Part shown: piece after piece, positions 8,908 to 17,711 of the stretch
Layout of the letters: each line of letters opens with the position of its first letter
Position numbering within the stretch: the stretch's first letter is position 1
From: Candidatus Microgenomates bacterium
GTDB lineage: Bacteria > Patescibacteriota > Dojkabacteria > SC72
Length of the DNA: 41,034 bases
Direction of reading: 5' to 3'
NCBI GenBank assembly: GCA_012797935.1
Contig: JAAZOC010000052.1
Location: 1-41,034, forward strand
Position numbers and translations under genes: made by a program
Notes under the pieces: generated by a model
Database searches by the model: none
Seen by the model: the letters and a program-made list of their open reading frames with translations, nothing else
Told to the model about the DNA's origin: nothing

Positions 8908-10173
8908 ATGACAAAAATAGTCGAAAAAATTAAATCCATATTCAGAACAAAAGAGATAAGGAAGAAAGTCCTTTTCTCCTTCTTAATCCTTGTTGTATAC
9001 AGAATCTTGTCAGCAATTCCTGTTGCTGGAATCCCTGCAGAAGCTATTGTTAAACTATTTGAAGGAACTGGACTTGGAGAAGTACTATCTACTGTCTCTG
9101 GTGGAGTTCTTGAAACAGCATCTATTGTTGCTATTGGTTTAACTCCATATATTAATTCTTCGATTATTTTCCAACTACTTGGTACTGTAATTCCAAAATT
9201 GGAAGAGCTCAGAAAAGAAGGTCCGGAAGGAAGAAGAAAAATTTCAATGTATACAAGAATAGCTACTGTTCCTTTGGCAATATTGCAATCATTCGTAATA
9301 TACTCGACACTTCTAGGTTTCGGCTTGATACCACAATTAGATCCTCTAGAATTAGTTGCAATGTCTGCAACTTTGACAGGTGGTGCAATAGTTATGATGT
9401 GGTTTGGCGAACTTATATCAGAAGATGGTCTTGGAGGCGGAACTTCGTATTTGATTATGTTGGGAATACTTTCAGGAATACCTGGAACAATAAGGACAAA
9501 CTTTGTTACTATGGATGAATTCCAGAAAATTGTATTTATTGTCCTATCACTGATATTGATAATTGCTGTAGTAATTGTGACTCAAGCAGAAAGAAGAGTT
9601 AAGATTCAATACTCGAGGAGGGTAAGGGCTGGTGGCGCTATGGAAAGCTATATCCCTATCAAATTGACACAATCTGGGGTTATGCCAGTGATATTTGCTA
9701 TGGCATTCCTCTCATTCCCCCAGTTAATTGGTAAATTCTTGATTAGTAAAAATTTTAATCCAACAGTTACAAATGTCTCTCAGGAAATTCTAGATGCTTT
9801 GTCGAATCCGTACGTGTACAATTCCATCACATTTATTCTTGTGGTACTATTCTCCTTTGTGTATCTTACAGTTGTATTCAAAACAGATGAACTTGCTGAG
9901 AATTTGCAAAAACAAGGTGCCTTTATACAGGGTATTCGACCTGGTGATCACACATCTGATTATTTGAGAAAAGTAAGTTTCAGACTGACTGCCGTTGGTG
10001 CTGTATTCTTGGGCCTTCTTTCAATTATTCCAGACGTATTAGTTAATACAGGTATGATAACAGCAGTTGTCTTCTCTGGCACAGGATTGTTGATTATGAT
10101 CGGTGTTGTACTCGAAATGAAAAGACAGGTTGAGTCTATGATGACAGTCAGAAGCTACGATAAATACCTTTAG
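8908..10173 (+). CDS. secY: Preprotein translocase subunit SecY
   Basis: 421-aa polytopic protein with LGITPYINSSII and GGTSYLIM-type segments. It occupies the canonical position after rplO. Confidence 0.97.
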   Translation: MTKIVEKIKSIFRTKEIRKKVLFSFLILVVYRILSAIPVAGIPAEAIVKLFEGTGLGEVLSTVSGGVLETASIVAIGLTPYINSSIIFQLLGTVIPKLEELRKEGPEGRRKISMYTRIATVPLAILQSFVIYSTLLGFGLIPQLDPLELVAMSATLTGGAIVMMWFGELISEDGLGGGTSYLIMLGILSGIPGTIRTNFVTMDEFQKIVFIVLSLILIIAVVIVTQAERRVKIQYSRRVRAGGAMESYIPIKLTQSGVMPVIFAMAFLSFPQLIGKFLISKNFNPTVTNVSQEILDALSNPYVYNSITFILVVLFSFVYLTVVFKTDELAENLQKQGAFIQGIRPGDHTSDYLRKVSFRLTAVGAVFLGLLSIIPDVLVNTGMITAVVFSGTGLLIMIGVVLEMKRQVESMMTVRSYDKYL

Positions 10174-10241
10174 GTATTTGATTCCTCAAAACCCTTTACA
10201 ATTCCTCGAAGGAAATTAAGATTCTTTGCCATTCTCATTTA

Positions 10242-10250
10242 TGATACAAT
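10242..10250 (+). promoter_or_regulatory. Possible extended -10 (TGaTACAAT) upstream of adk
   Basis: Motif match 35 nt upstream of the adk ATG, inside a 112-nt gap. No good -35 is present. Confidence 0.3.
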
Positions 10251-10285
10251 AAAAGTGGTAAACATTAACTTAGTAAGGAATAAAT

Positions 10286-10930
10286 ATGACAATTCTTTTT
10301 CATGGGCCTTCAGGATGTGGTAAAGATACTCAAGTCGAATTGCTTGCACAAAAATATAACTTTGAGAATATTGGAACGGGAGAAATGTTTAGAAAGATGT
10401 ATGCTGATGGTGATCTAGAAGCAATAAAAGCTCATCAGTATTGGTCTAAGGGCCTCTTCGTGCCAAATGATCTTGCATACTCAATGTTAAATAGATGGGT
10501 TGAAACTTTTGATAAAGAGAAAAATTGGGCATTTGTATCTGTAGTGAGAGATGTTGGTCAAATACCAATGTTTGATAAACTCCTTCAAGATCATGGAAGA
10601 ACATTAGATAAATTTGTGCATTTCCGTCTTAGTGAAGAATCTGCTATTGAGAGAATGTCTCTTAGATTAATTTGTTCAAATTGTGGTACTACATATCATC
10701 AAAAATACAAGCCAGAAAAGGTAAAAGGCTTCTGTGATAAATGCGGAACAATGCTTTCTCAAAGGGAGGATGATCAGCCAGATAAAATTAAAAAAAGGTT
10801 GGAAGAATACAATAGAACAATAACTCCAATCCTTGATGAATATAAGTCTAGAAATATATTAGTAGAAATAGATGCTAATCCTGGAATTGAAGAAATTCAT
10901 CAAAATTTAGTTGCTACATTGAGCTTGTAA
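10286..10930 (+). CDS. adk: Adenylate kinase (Cys4 zinc-lid type)
   Basis: P-loop GPSGCGKDTQ. The lid reads CSNCGTTYH...CDKCG. It sits after secY. Confidence 0.92.
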   Translation: MTILFHGPSGCGKDTQVELLAQKYNFENIGTGEMFRKMYADGDLEAIKAHQYWSKGLFVPNDLAYSMLNRWVETFDKEKNWAFVSVVRDVGQIPMFDKLLQDHGRTLDKFVHFRLSEESAIERMSLRLICSNCGTTYHQKYKPEKVKGFCDKCGTMLSQREDDQPDKIKKRLEEYNRTITPILDEYKSRNILVEIDANPGIEEIHQNLVATLSL

Positions 10931-11003
10931 ATGTTGCGATTTTTTGTTATTCTTACTCTGTCCCTTTCTAATGGAGTGAATCACCAAGAGTTTTATACTT
11001 TTT

Positions 11004-11032
11004 GTTGAATTAAGGGTCTTCCTTTGATATAA
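11004..11032 (+). promoter_or_regulatory. Sigma-70-like promoter for infA-rpmJ and downstream genes
   Basis: TTGAAT (11004-11009), a 17-nt spacer, then TATAAT (11027-11032). The hexamer is preceded by TGa at 11024-11026, making it an extended -10. Confidence 0.55.
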
Positions 11033-11075
11033 TTCTGAGGATTCCATTTATTGTAAATCCATAAAGGGATATACT

Positions 11076-11309
11076 ATGAACGACAGTAAAAAAGTATTTG
11101 AATTTGAGGGTGTGGTAAAAGAATGTTTACCTAATACTCAATTCGTTGTAGAGATAGATACTGATGGCACAAAGCATCAAGTTATTGGATATCTATCTGG
11201 GAAGATGAGAATGCACTATATTCGAATACTGGAGGGAGATAAAGTAAAGATCGAAATGACTCCCTACGATAAAGAGAAAGGTCGTATAACATATAGATTT
11301 ATGAATTAA
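11076..11309 (+). CDS. infA: Translation initiation factor IF-1
   Basis: Contains [38 protein letters not shown]. Confidence 0.95.
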   Translation: MNDSKKVFEFEGVVKECLPNTQFVVEIDTDGTKHQVIGYLSGKMRMHYIRILEGDKVKIEMTPYDKEKGRITYRFMN

Positions 11310-11311
11310 TT

Positions 11312-11428
11312 ATGAAAGTTAGAGCTTCTGTAAAAAAAAGGTGTCCGGATTGTTATGTTGTTAAGAGAAAGAACAGAGTGTATGTGTATTGTAAAAAAAA
11401 TCCTAAGCATAAACAAAGGCAGGGATAA
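11312..11428 (+). CDS. rpmJ: 50S ribosomal protein L36 (not in the ORF track; 38 aa)
   Basis: Hand translation gives [38 protein letters not shown] followed by TAA. It lies in the canonical position between infA and rpsM. Confidence 0.92.
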   Translation: MKVRASVKKRCPDCYVVKRKNRVYVYCKKNPKHKQRQG

Positions 11429-11453
11429 TTTTAATTAATATATTGTAATTTAA

Positions 11454-11837
11454 ATGGCAAGAGTAGCAGGAATAGAAATATCAAACGAAAAGAGACTTTG
11501 GGTCTCTCTTTTAGGTGTTTACGGTGTTGGTGAGGTTACAGCAAAAGAAATATGTGCAAAAACAAATATAGATCCTAATATATTAGTTAAAAATTTAACA
11601 GAAAACGAATTAGAATTAATTAGAAAATATATTGAAGAGAATATTAAGGTAGAAGGTGAATTAAGACAAACAATATTCAGAGAAATTAAGAGATTAAAAG
11701 ATATTAGATGCTATAGAGGAATTAGACACAAACTTGGTCTTCCTGTTAGAGGTCAAAGAACTAGACATAATGCTAGAACTAGAAAAGGAAAGAGTAGACC
11801 AGTTGGTGGTTTGAAGCGTACTTTAGACAAAACATAA
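11454..11837 (+). CDS. rpsM: 30S ribosomal protein S13
   Basis: Contains MARVAGIEI...IRCYRGIRHKLGLPVRGQRTRHNARTRKG. Confidence 0.97.
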   Translation: MARVAGIEISNEKRLWVSLLGVYGVGEVTAKEICAKTNIDPNILVKNLTENELELIRKYIEENIKVEGELRQTIFREIKRLKDIRCYRGIRHKLGLPVRGQRTRHNARTRKGKSRPVGGLKRTLDKT

Positions 11838-11844
11838 AAATAAC

Positions 11845-12231
11845 ATGGCAGAAAATAAAGCAAAAACAAAAGCTAAGAAAAATGTACAAAGTGGAATTGC
11901 AACTATTCAATCCACTTTTAATAACACAATAATTAGCTTAACAGATGAACAAGGAGAAGTTTTAGGTCAGGGTAGTCCAGCTAGAGTTGGATATAAGGGT
12001 GCAAAGAGAAGCACTGCATATGCAGCTACAAGAGCAGCTACAGAAGTTGCAGAGAGAGTTATCAAGAAATATGGACTAAAAGAAGTTAAAGTCTTTATCA
12101 AAGGACCTGGTGCAGGTAGAAACGCTGCAGTCAAAGGTCTTGATGCATGTGGTTTGAAAATTACAATGTTAACTGATAGGACCCCTATTCCTCACAATGG
12201 TTGTAGACCAAGGAAAGCTCCTAGAAAGTAG
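11845..12231 (+). CDS. rpsK: 30S ribosomal protein S11
   Basis: Contains FNNTIISLTD...PIPHNGCRPRKAPR. Confidence 0.97.
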   Translation: MAENKAKTKAKKNVQSGIATIQSTFNNTIISLTDEQGEVLGQGSPARVGYKGAKRSTAYAATRAATEVAERVIKKYGLKEVKVFIKGPGAGRNAAVKGLDACGLKITMLTDRTPIPHNGCRPRKAPRK

Positions 12232-12258
12232 ATAATATATAAAATAGTATTAATATAA

Positions 12259-12870
12259 ATGGGTAGATATACAGGACCAAAAGAAAAGTTAAGTAGAAGA
12301 GAGGGAGTTAACCTTCATTTGAAAGGTGCTAGATCTTTCTCTGAAAAGAATGGAATGGAAAGAAGACCATTTGCACCTGGACAACACGGAAACAAAAGAA
12401 GAGCAAGATTGTCTAACTATGGAATCCAATTGAGAGAAAAACAAAAAGTTAAAAGAATTTATGGCTTGAGAGAAGCAAAGATGGTTGCTGTTTACGATGA
12501 AGCAAATAGAAGATCAAAGCTTTACAAAACAGATAAAGGTTTAGAATTCTTGAGACAATTGGAATTAAGGTTAGATAATGTTGTATATCTTGCTGGATTG
12601 GCACCTTCTAGATCCGCAGCAAGACAGTATGTAACACATGGTCATGTAATGTTAAATGGAAAGAAATTATCAGTTCCATCATTAGAAGTAAAAGAAGGTG
12701 ATACTATTGAAATTAAGAAAGCAAAATTGGTTCCTTCAGAAAAATTATTTGAATCTCCAAGTTGGATTGAAACAAAAGATCTAACATGTAAAGTTGCTAG
12801 ATTACCAATAAGAGATGATATAGATGAAGGACTCAAGGAGAATTTGATTATAGAGTTCTACTCTAGATAA
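12259..12870 (+). CDS. rpsD: 30S ribosomal protein S4 (no N-terminal Cys cluster)
   Basis: Contains MGRYTGPKEKLSRREG...QLREKQKVKRIYG. It also has an S4 RNA-binding domain segment. Confidence 0.96.
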   Translation: MGRYTGPKEKLSRREGVNLHLKGARSFSEKNGMERRPFAPGQHGNKRRARLSNYGIQLREKQKVKRIYGLREAKMVAVYDEANRRSKLYKTDKGLEFLRQLELRLDNVVYLAGLAPSRSAARQYVTHGHVMLNGKKLSVPSLEVKEGDTIEIKKAKLVPSEKLFESPSWIETKDLTCKVARLPIRDDIDEGLKENLIIEFYSR

Positions 12871-12887
12871 TTTTATTTTAAAAATAA

Positions 12888-13853
12888 ATGGAAGCTTTTA
12901 AAGATATTAAAGTTACAATTAAGGAAGAGAAAGAGAATTACGGACTTTTTGAAATTTCCCCATTACCAAGAGGTTATGGTAATACATTAGGAAATGCATT
13001 AAGAAGAATCCTCTACTCTAGCTTGAAAGGAACAGGAATCACTGGTGTAAATATTAAGGGATTAGATCATGAATATAGTGTTGTTGATGGAGTTAAAGAG
13101 AATTTTGTTGACATCATTATGAATCTTAAACAGGTTAAGTTTAAGACAAATATGGATGAAGTATTTACATGCAAACTTAATGTTAAAGGTAAGAAGAGTA
13201 TAACAGCAGGTGATATCGAAGTAAGTGGTGATTTAGAAGTAGTAAACAAAGACTTACATATAATGGAGTTAACAGATGCTTCTTCAGAAGTAAACATGAC
13301 ATTAACTGTAGAATCAGGTGTTGGATACAAAAAAGTAAATGCAAATGATAGAAAAGAAGTTGGACAAATTCCTTTAGATTGTGATTTCACTCCTATTGAA
13401 AGAATTAGTATGAGTGTAGAGCAAGCTAGAAAAGGTCAGGAAACAGACTTAGATGCTGTCCTTATAGGTGTTTTAACTGATGGAAGTATTGCTCCAAAAG
13501 ATGCACTATTAGAATCTGCAAAAATATTACAAGAGTTTGCAGGTAAAGTTATGATCGCTATGGGTATGGCAGAAAAAGAAGTAGAAGCTATTGCTGAAGA
13601 GATAAATACTTTTGAAGTATCAGAAGCAAGTGCTACAGAAGAAGTTGATGAAATCGGAAGTTGGAAGATTGAAGATTTACCAATATCAAAAAGATCAAAA
13701 ACAGGATTGTTAGCAGGTGGATTTAAGAATGTTGCAGATTTAAGGAATACAACAGCTACAGAGCTTTTGAATCTTCCTGGATTTGGTAACAAGTCTCTTA
13801 ATGAAATATTAGAACTTTTAAATCAATATGATATTAATATAAAAGGAATATAG
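12888..13853 (+). CDS. rpoA: DNA-directed RNA polymerase alpha subunit
   Basis: 321 aa with PLPRGYGNTLGNALRRILYSS. The C-terminal domain reads IEDLPISKRSKTGL...LLNLPGFGNKSLNEI. Confidence 0.95.
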   Translation: MEAFKDIKVTIKEEKENYGLFEISPLPRGYGNTLGNALRRILYSSLKGTGITGVNIKGLDHEYSVVDGVKENFVDIIMNLKQVKFKTNMDEVFTCKLNVKGKKSITAGDIEVSGDLEVVNKDLHIMELTDASSEVNMTLTVESGVGYKKVNANDRKEVGQIPLDCDFTPIERISMSVEQARKGQETDLDAVLIGVLTDGSIAPKDALLESAKILQEFAGKVMIAMGMAEKEVEAIAEEINTFEVSEASATEEVDEIGSWKIEDLPISKRSKTGLLAGGFKNVADLRNTTATELLNLPGFGNKSLNEILELLNQYDINIKGI

Positions 13854-13854
13854 T

Positions 13855-14355
13855 ATGTATAAAAGAGTTAAGAAATTAAAACTTGGTAGAAAGACAGCAC
13901 ATAGAAAGAGTTTGGTTCACAACCTTTTAAGATCTCTTTTTGATAAAAACTTTGTTGTTACTACTACATTAAAAGCTAAAGCTTTGAAGCAGGAAGCATC
14001 ATCTTTAATTCAAAGAAGTATTACTAACAAAGATAGTCTTTCTTTCAGAAGGGAAATACAAGTTGTTTTAGGCAAAGATGAATTAGTAAAGAAATTAGTA
14101 GAATATTCTGCTAAGGAAAAAGTTGGAGTAGGAATTGTAAAAGTAGGTTTCAGAGCTGGAGACAATGCAGAGCAATCAAGAGTATATCTCTTAGGAACAG
14201 AAAAGAAGAAAGTTGTAGAGAAGAAAGAGGAAAAAGAAGAAAAGAAAGTAAGTAATGTTGAAAAGAAAAAAGTAAATGTTGTAAATACTAAGAAGGTTGA
14301 TACTTCAGCTGTAATAAGCAGAACAGAAAGAGCTAAATCTAGATCTGGACTTTAA
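13855..14355 (+). CDS. rplQ: 50S ribosomal protein L17 with a K/E-rich C-terminal extension
   Basis: Contains LGRKTAHRKSLVHNL. The tail reads EKKKVVEKKEEKEEKKVSNVEKKKVNVVNTKK.... Confidence 0.93.
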   Translation: MYKRVKKLKLGRKTAHRKSLVHNLLRSLFDKNFVVTTTLKAKALKQEASSLIQRSITNKDSLSFRREIQVVLGKDELVKKLVEYSAKEKVGVGIVKVGFRAGDNAEQSRVYLLGTEKKKVVEKKEEKEEKKVSNVEKKKVNVVNTKKVDTSAVISRTERAKSRSGL

Positions 14356-14372
14356 TATTAAGAGTAATAAAT

Positions 14373-14807
14373 ATGAAATATAAAACTACTTGGACAAAAA
14401 AAGAAGATATTGAAAGAAAATGGTACATCATTGATGTTAAAGATCAAATACTAGGAAGAGCTGCTACTAAGATTGCTTCATTGTTAATTGGAAAAGAGAA
14501 AACAGAAATAGTTCCTAATATTGATTGCGGTGACTATGTAATAGTTTTAAATAGTGAAGATGTAAAGTTAACTAGAGGTAAAGAGTTAAAGAAAATGTAT
14601 TACAGACACTCTGGATTCCCAGGTGGCTTTAGAGAGACAAGATTTGATGAGCAAATGGAAAAAGATTCAAGAAAGATAATTGTTGATGCTGTTAAAAGAA
14701 TGTTACCTCAGAACAAACTTTTAGATGGAAGAATTGATAGATTAGTAGTTTACAAAGACTCTAATCACAAACATACTGCACAGAATCCAGTAGTTATTAA
14801 ATTATAA
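14373..14807 (+). CDS. rplM: 50S ribosomal protein L13
   Basis: Contains WYIIDVKDQILGRAATKIASLLIGK...YYRHSGFPGG. Confidence 0.96.
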   Translation: MKYKTTWTKKEDIERKWYIIDVKDQILGRAATKIASLLIGKEKTEIVPNIDCGDYVIVLNSEDVKLTRGKELKKMYYRHSGFPGGFRETRFDEQMEKDSRKIIVDAVKRMLPQNKLLDGRIDRLVVYKDSNHKHTAQNPVVIKL

Positions 14808-14820
14808 TCTTATATAAATA

Positions 14821-15216
14821 GTGGAGAAGAAATATTTTGAAGGAATTGGAAGAAGAAAAAGATCAACCGCAAGAGTAAGAATCTACAGCGGAGATAAAGC
14901 ATCTACTATAAATGGTAAGGCTATAAATTTGTATTTTGCTAATGGTGAAGATACTGAAATAGTATTAAACAGACCATTAATAGTTGTTGGTTTAGAAAAT
15001 AAGTATTACTTTACTGCAACTGTTTCTGGTGGTGGTATCACAGGTCAAATAGAAGCTATTAGATTAGGACTTGCAAGAGCATTGTACTCAATGGATTCTG
15101 AATTAAAGCCAACTCTTAGAAAAGAGAAATTGGTATCAAGAGATCCAAGAGAAGTTGAAAGAAAGAAATACAACCACGTTAAAGCAAGAAAGAAACCTCA
15201 GTTCTCAAAGAGATAG
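14821..15216 (+). CDS. rpsI: 30S ribosomal protein S9 (GTG start)
   Basis: Contains GRRKRSTARVRI...RDPREVERKKYNHVKARKKPQFSKR. The only in-frame start near the N-terminus is GTG at 14821. Confidence 0.93.
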   Translation: MEKKYFEGIGRRKRSTARVRIYSGDKASTINGKAINLYFANGEDTEIVLNRPLIVVGLENKYYFTATVSGGGITGQIEAIRLGLARALYSMDSELKPTLRKEKLVSRDPREVERKKYNHVKARKKPQFSKR

Positions 15217-15254
15217 TTTCTCTGTTGCAGTCATTTCAATTATTCCATATCATT

Positions 15255-15278
15255 TATATAGATAATATTATCTATATA
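15255..15278. repeat. 24-bp perfect palindrome tatatagataat|attatctatata
   Basis: Checked base by base. The arms are 15255-15266 and 15267-15278. It ends 7 nt before the ATG at 15286. Confidence 0.85.
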
Positions 15279-15285
15279 TCTTTCT

Positions 15286-16161
15286 ATGGAAAATAAAAAT
15301 ATCCTTAAGATTCTTGTTATATCATTTTGTCTTCTTTTTGCAGTCTTTGTAATTGGCACTGCAGGAATGTGGATATACTCATCGTATAAAACAAGTGAAG
15401 TCTCTGAACAGAATTCCATATCAACAGGATATAGTGGTAGAGATGATATCGTAACTAGCATTACTCCTGATGTGGGAAAGGCAGAAGATATGGAATCTTC
15501 AGAACTAAGCATTATGAGAAATGCATATCTTAATATCTCTGTAGACGATATTGATAAAAGTTTAGAAACCATTCTCTCAGTAAGAGATGAATTCAATGCT
15601 ACATATGTTTCTTTGAATGATACAGGAAAAGGAATTGACAGAGTTATTTATCTAACAATAAAAGTAGAAGAGACAAAATTTGAGAATATGTATGAAAAAT
15701 TGAAGGATATGGATGTTGAAATAGATAGTACTTCCGTTAGTGAAAATGATGTTACTGAAACTGTTACTGATTTAGAATTAAGGCTGAAGAACTACAAAAG
15801 TGTAGAGACCCAATTACTAAGCATACTTAAAGATGCCAAGAGTGTTGAAGATACAATAGCTGTATACAAAGAATTAAATGATGTCAGGATGAATATTGAG
15901 AGTATAGAAAGTCAGTTAAAGAATATTGATTCTAGAACTGAGTATTCATACATTACTGTATATGTAAAACAAAGTACCTCTGGTGCTGAGTTAGAAGATG
16001 AAGAATGGAAACCATTAGGTGTGTTAAAAGAGGCTAGTAGAGCTTTAGTAAGTTTTGCTAAATTCTTTGTGTCTTCTTTAATATGGTTAGTTGTATTTGT
16101 ACCAGTAATAGCTTTGGTTGTTGTTCCTGTAGTGATAATACAAAAAAGAGCTAGAAAATAG
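15286..16161 (+). CDS. Membrane-anchored DUF4349-like protein
   Basis: N-terminal and C-terminal TM helices flank a coiled-coil region. The pattern IKVEETKFENMYEKLKDM..V.S.S.SENDVTE.V.DLE.RLKN resembles DUF4349 as I recall it. This is a family-level call only. Confidence 0.55.
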   Translation: MENKNILKILVISFCLLFAVFVIGTAGMWIYSSYKTSEVSEQNSISTGYSGRDDIVTSITPDVGKAEDMESSELSIMRNAYLNISVDDIDKSLETILSVRDEFNATYVSLNDTGKGIDRVIYLTIKVEETKFENMYEKLKDMDVEIDSTSVSENDVTETVTDLELRLKNYKSVETQLLSILKDAKSVEDTIAVYKELNDVRMNIESIESQLKNIDSRTEYSYITVYVKQSTSGAELEDEEWKPLGVLKEASRALVSFAKFFVSSLIWLVVFVPVIALVVVPVVIIQKRARK

Positions 16162-16170
16162 TATAATTAT

Positions 16171-16478
16171 GGGTGCAAGTATTACAGGATGATTGCATTT
16201 ACTTTTAGTAAATGAGGAAAGTCCGGACTCCATGTCAGTCTAGAACATATCTAGATAGGTGCCAACGAGAGTTGGAAGGGAGTGATCTTTTGGATAAAAG
16301 GGCAACAGAAAGTTATACCGCCTAATTTATTAGGTAAGGGTGAAATGGTAGTGTAAGAGACTACCGGGTATTACAGTAATGCAATATCGCGTGGTAACCC
16401 CCTCCTGGAGCAAGGTTAAACCGCATAGATAGATAATCATCGTTATACAGAATCCGGCTTATTGTGTACTTGCACAAC
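16171..16478 (+). ncRNA. rnpB: RNase P RNA, bacterial type A, compact (about 308 nt)
   Basis: The 5' P4 strand GAGGAAAGTCCGGAC is near 16213 and the 3' P4 strand ACAGAATCCGGCTTA is at 16447-16461. P1 pairs gtgcaagt (16173-16180) with acttgcac (16468-16475). No ORF is present. The ends are approximate. Confidence 0.85.
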
Positions 16479-16504
16479 TCTCCTCTTTCTACATCAGATT
16501 GTTA

Positions 16505-16513
16505 TGTTATAAT
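16505..16513 (+). promoter_or_regulatory. Extended -10 (TGtTATAAT) upstream of the E1-like/acyltransferase-like/kinase operon
   Basis: TG at 16505-16506 and TATAAT at 16508-16513, 30 nt upstream of the ATG at 16544. The -35 is weak. Confidence 0.35.
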
Positions 16514-16543
16514 TTAACACAATAATCTACTATCATCTTAAAT

Positions 16544-17704
16544 ATGGAAAATGAAATAGAGAATAGTGAGAGTCTACAAGAGGATTTACAAAATCCAATT
16601 TCTTCTTTGTGCGAATTAATGGAAGCTAATGAATCAGCAAGGTATCTTAACTCCTTTGGGCAACTTGAGGGTATTAAAACTGTTGATCATTTGCTTAAAG
16701 AAATTAGAACAAAAGTAAAGAATACAGAACCAAAACAAGTACAAGAAGAGAAAGTATCAGTCCTTTCTTCTGAAGAATTCTATAAAGTATTTACAGCCTC
16801 TGCATCTAAATTTGTAGAGCAAGGAGTACAAGAGAAATTTAGAAGATCAAATGTATTAGTTGGCGGAGCTGGAAGTATTGGTAACCCAATAGCTATGATG
16901 GCTGTAAGATCAGGAGCTGAAAATATAACAATAGCAGACCCAGATGTTGTTGAAGATTCAAATCTTGCAAGACAAGAATATCTAAAAGATCAAGTTGGCA
17001 AGAACAAAGCGGAAATGACAGTTGAGAATATGTCGAAAATAAATCCATATGCAAAAGATAAGCTAAAAAGTATTCCAGAGGGTATAACAAAAGAAAATGT
17101 AGAAGAGTTAGTAAAAAATTCTGACATAATTATTGATGGTATTGATATCAGAGCCGCAGATATGTCTTGGGAGTTACACAAATATGCATGCCAGTATAAG
17201 AAACCTGTTATTGTTGGTTATGATATGGCAGGCACAGCAATGGTAGCTGTTTACAGGTATGATAAAGATGTAGAAAAAGTATTAAATGGTGAAATATCTG
17301 AAGAAACTATAGAAGAATTTAAAAAAGTAAAATCCGCATACAAAGAGGGAAGAATAAAAGAATCAGAATTTTTAAACTATGTATATGATACATTAACTGG
17401 GCCAATTAATCCTTTGAAAGTACCTGTTGAACAGTTCAAAGAACTAATATCTAGAGATAGTAATGATACCCGTACTTACCAAGATGGTACTACTTCCCGT
17501 TTGTTAAGTGCTTTAACGATTGAAACTATGAGAAAAATTTATGCCGGAGAAGAAGTTAAAAAGATTATTACTTTAGATTTACCATCATCTGTTAGAAGAT
17601 TTAATCCAACAATTTTTACAAAAGTAGGACTAATGTTAAAAGCTCTTAATGTTGTTAACAAAAGAGGTGCGGAAGTTAAAGATATGACAAATAAATTGAA
17701 ATAA
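16544..17704 (+). CDS. ThiF/MoeB/HesA-family (E1-like) adenylyltransferase, atypical
   Basis: Contains VLVGGAGSIGNPIAMMAVRSGAENITIADPDVVEDSNLARQ...DIIIDGIDIRAAD. This covers the Rossmann GxGxxG loop, the SNLxRQ motif and the acidic Mg site. It has an extra N-terminal region and no CxxC pairs. Confidence 0.8.
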   Translation: MENEIENSESLQEDLQNPISSLCELMEANESARYLNSFGQLEGIKTVDHLLKEIRTKVKNTEPKQVQEEKVSVLSSEEFYKVFTASASKFVEQGVQEKFRRSNVLVGGAGSIGNPIAMMAVRSGAENITIADPDVVEDSNLARQEYLKDQVGKNKAEMTVENMSKINPYAKDKLKSIPEGITKENVEELVKNSDIIIDGIDIRAADMSWELHKYACQYKKPVIVGYDMAGTAMVAVYRYDKDVEKVLNGEISEETIEEFKKVKSAYKEGRIKESEFLNYVYDTLTGPINPLKVPVEQFKELISRDSNDTRTYQDGTTSRLLSALTIETMRKIYAGEEVKKIITLDLPSSVRRFNPTIFTKVGLMLKALNVVNKRGAEVKDMTNKLK

Positions 17705-17711
17705 AAAAATA

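Noticed and set aside
10931-11026. Short ORF of about 31 codons starting right after the adk stop, considered as a possible map remnant or small protein.
   Set aside because: It has no similarity to methionine aminopeptidase and is hydrophobic and low-complexity. It runs across the predicted infA promoter and ends in TGA, which no real gene here uses.
16481-16543. Microcin C-like reading of the E1-like gene, i.e. MccB plus a tiny precursor ORF upstream.
   Set aside because: The only ATG-initiated ORF in the leader is ATG-TTA-TAA. No short peptide ending in Asn is encoded, and the E1-like protein lacks the CxxC zinc motifs. No efflux or immunity genes of the mcc type are adjacent.
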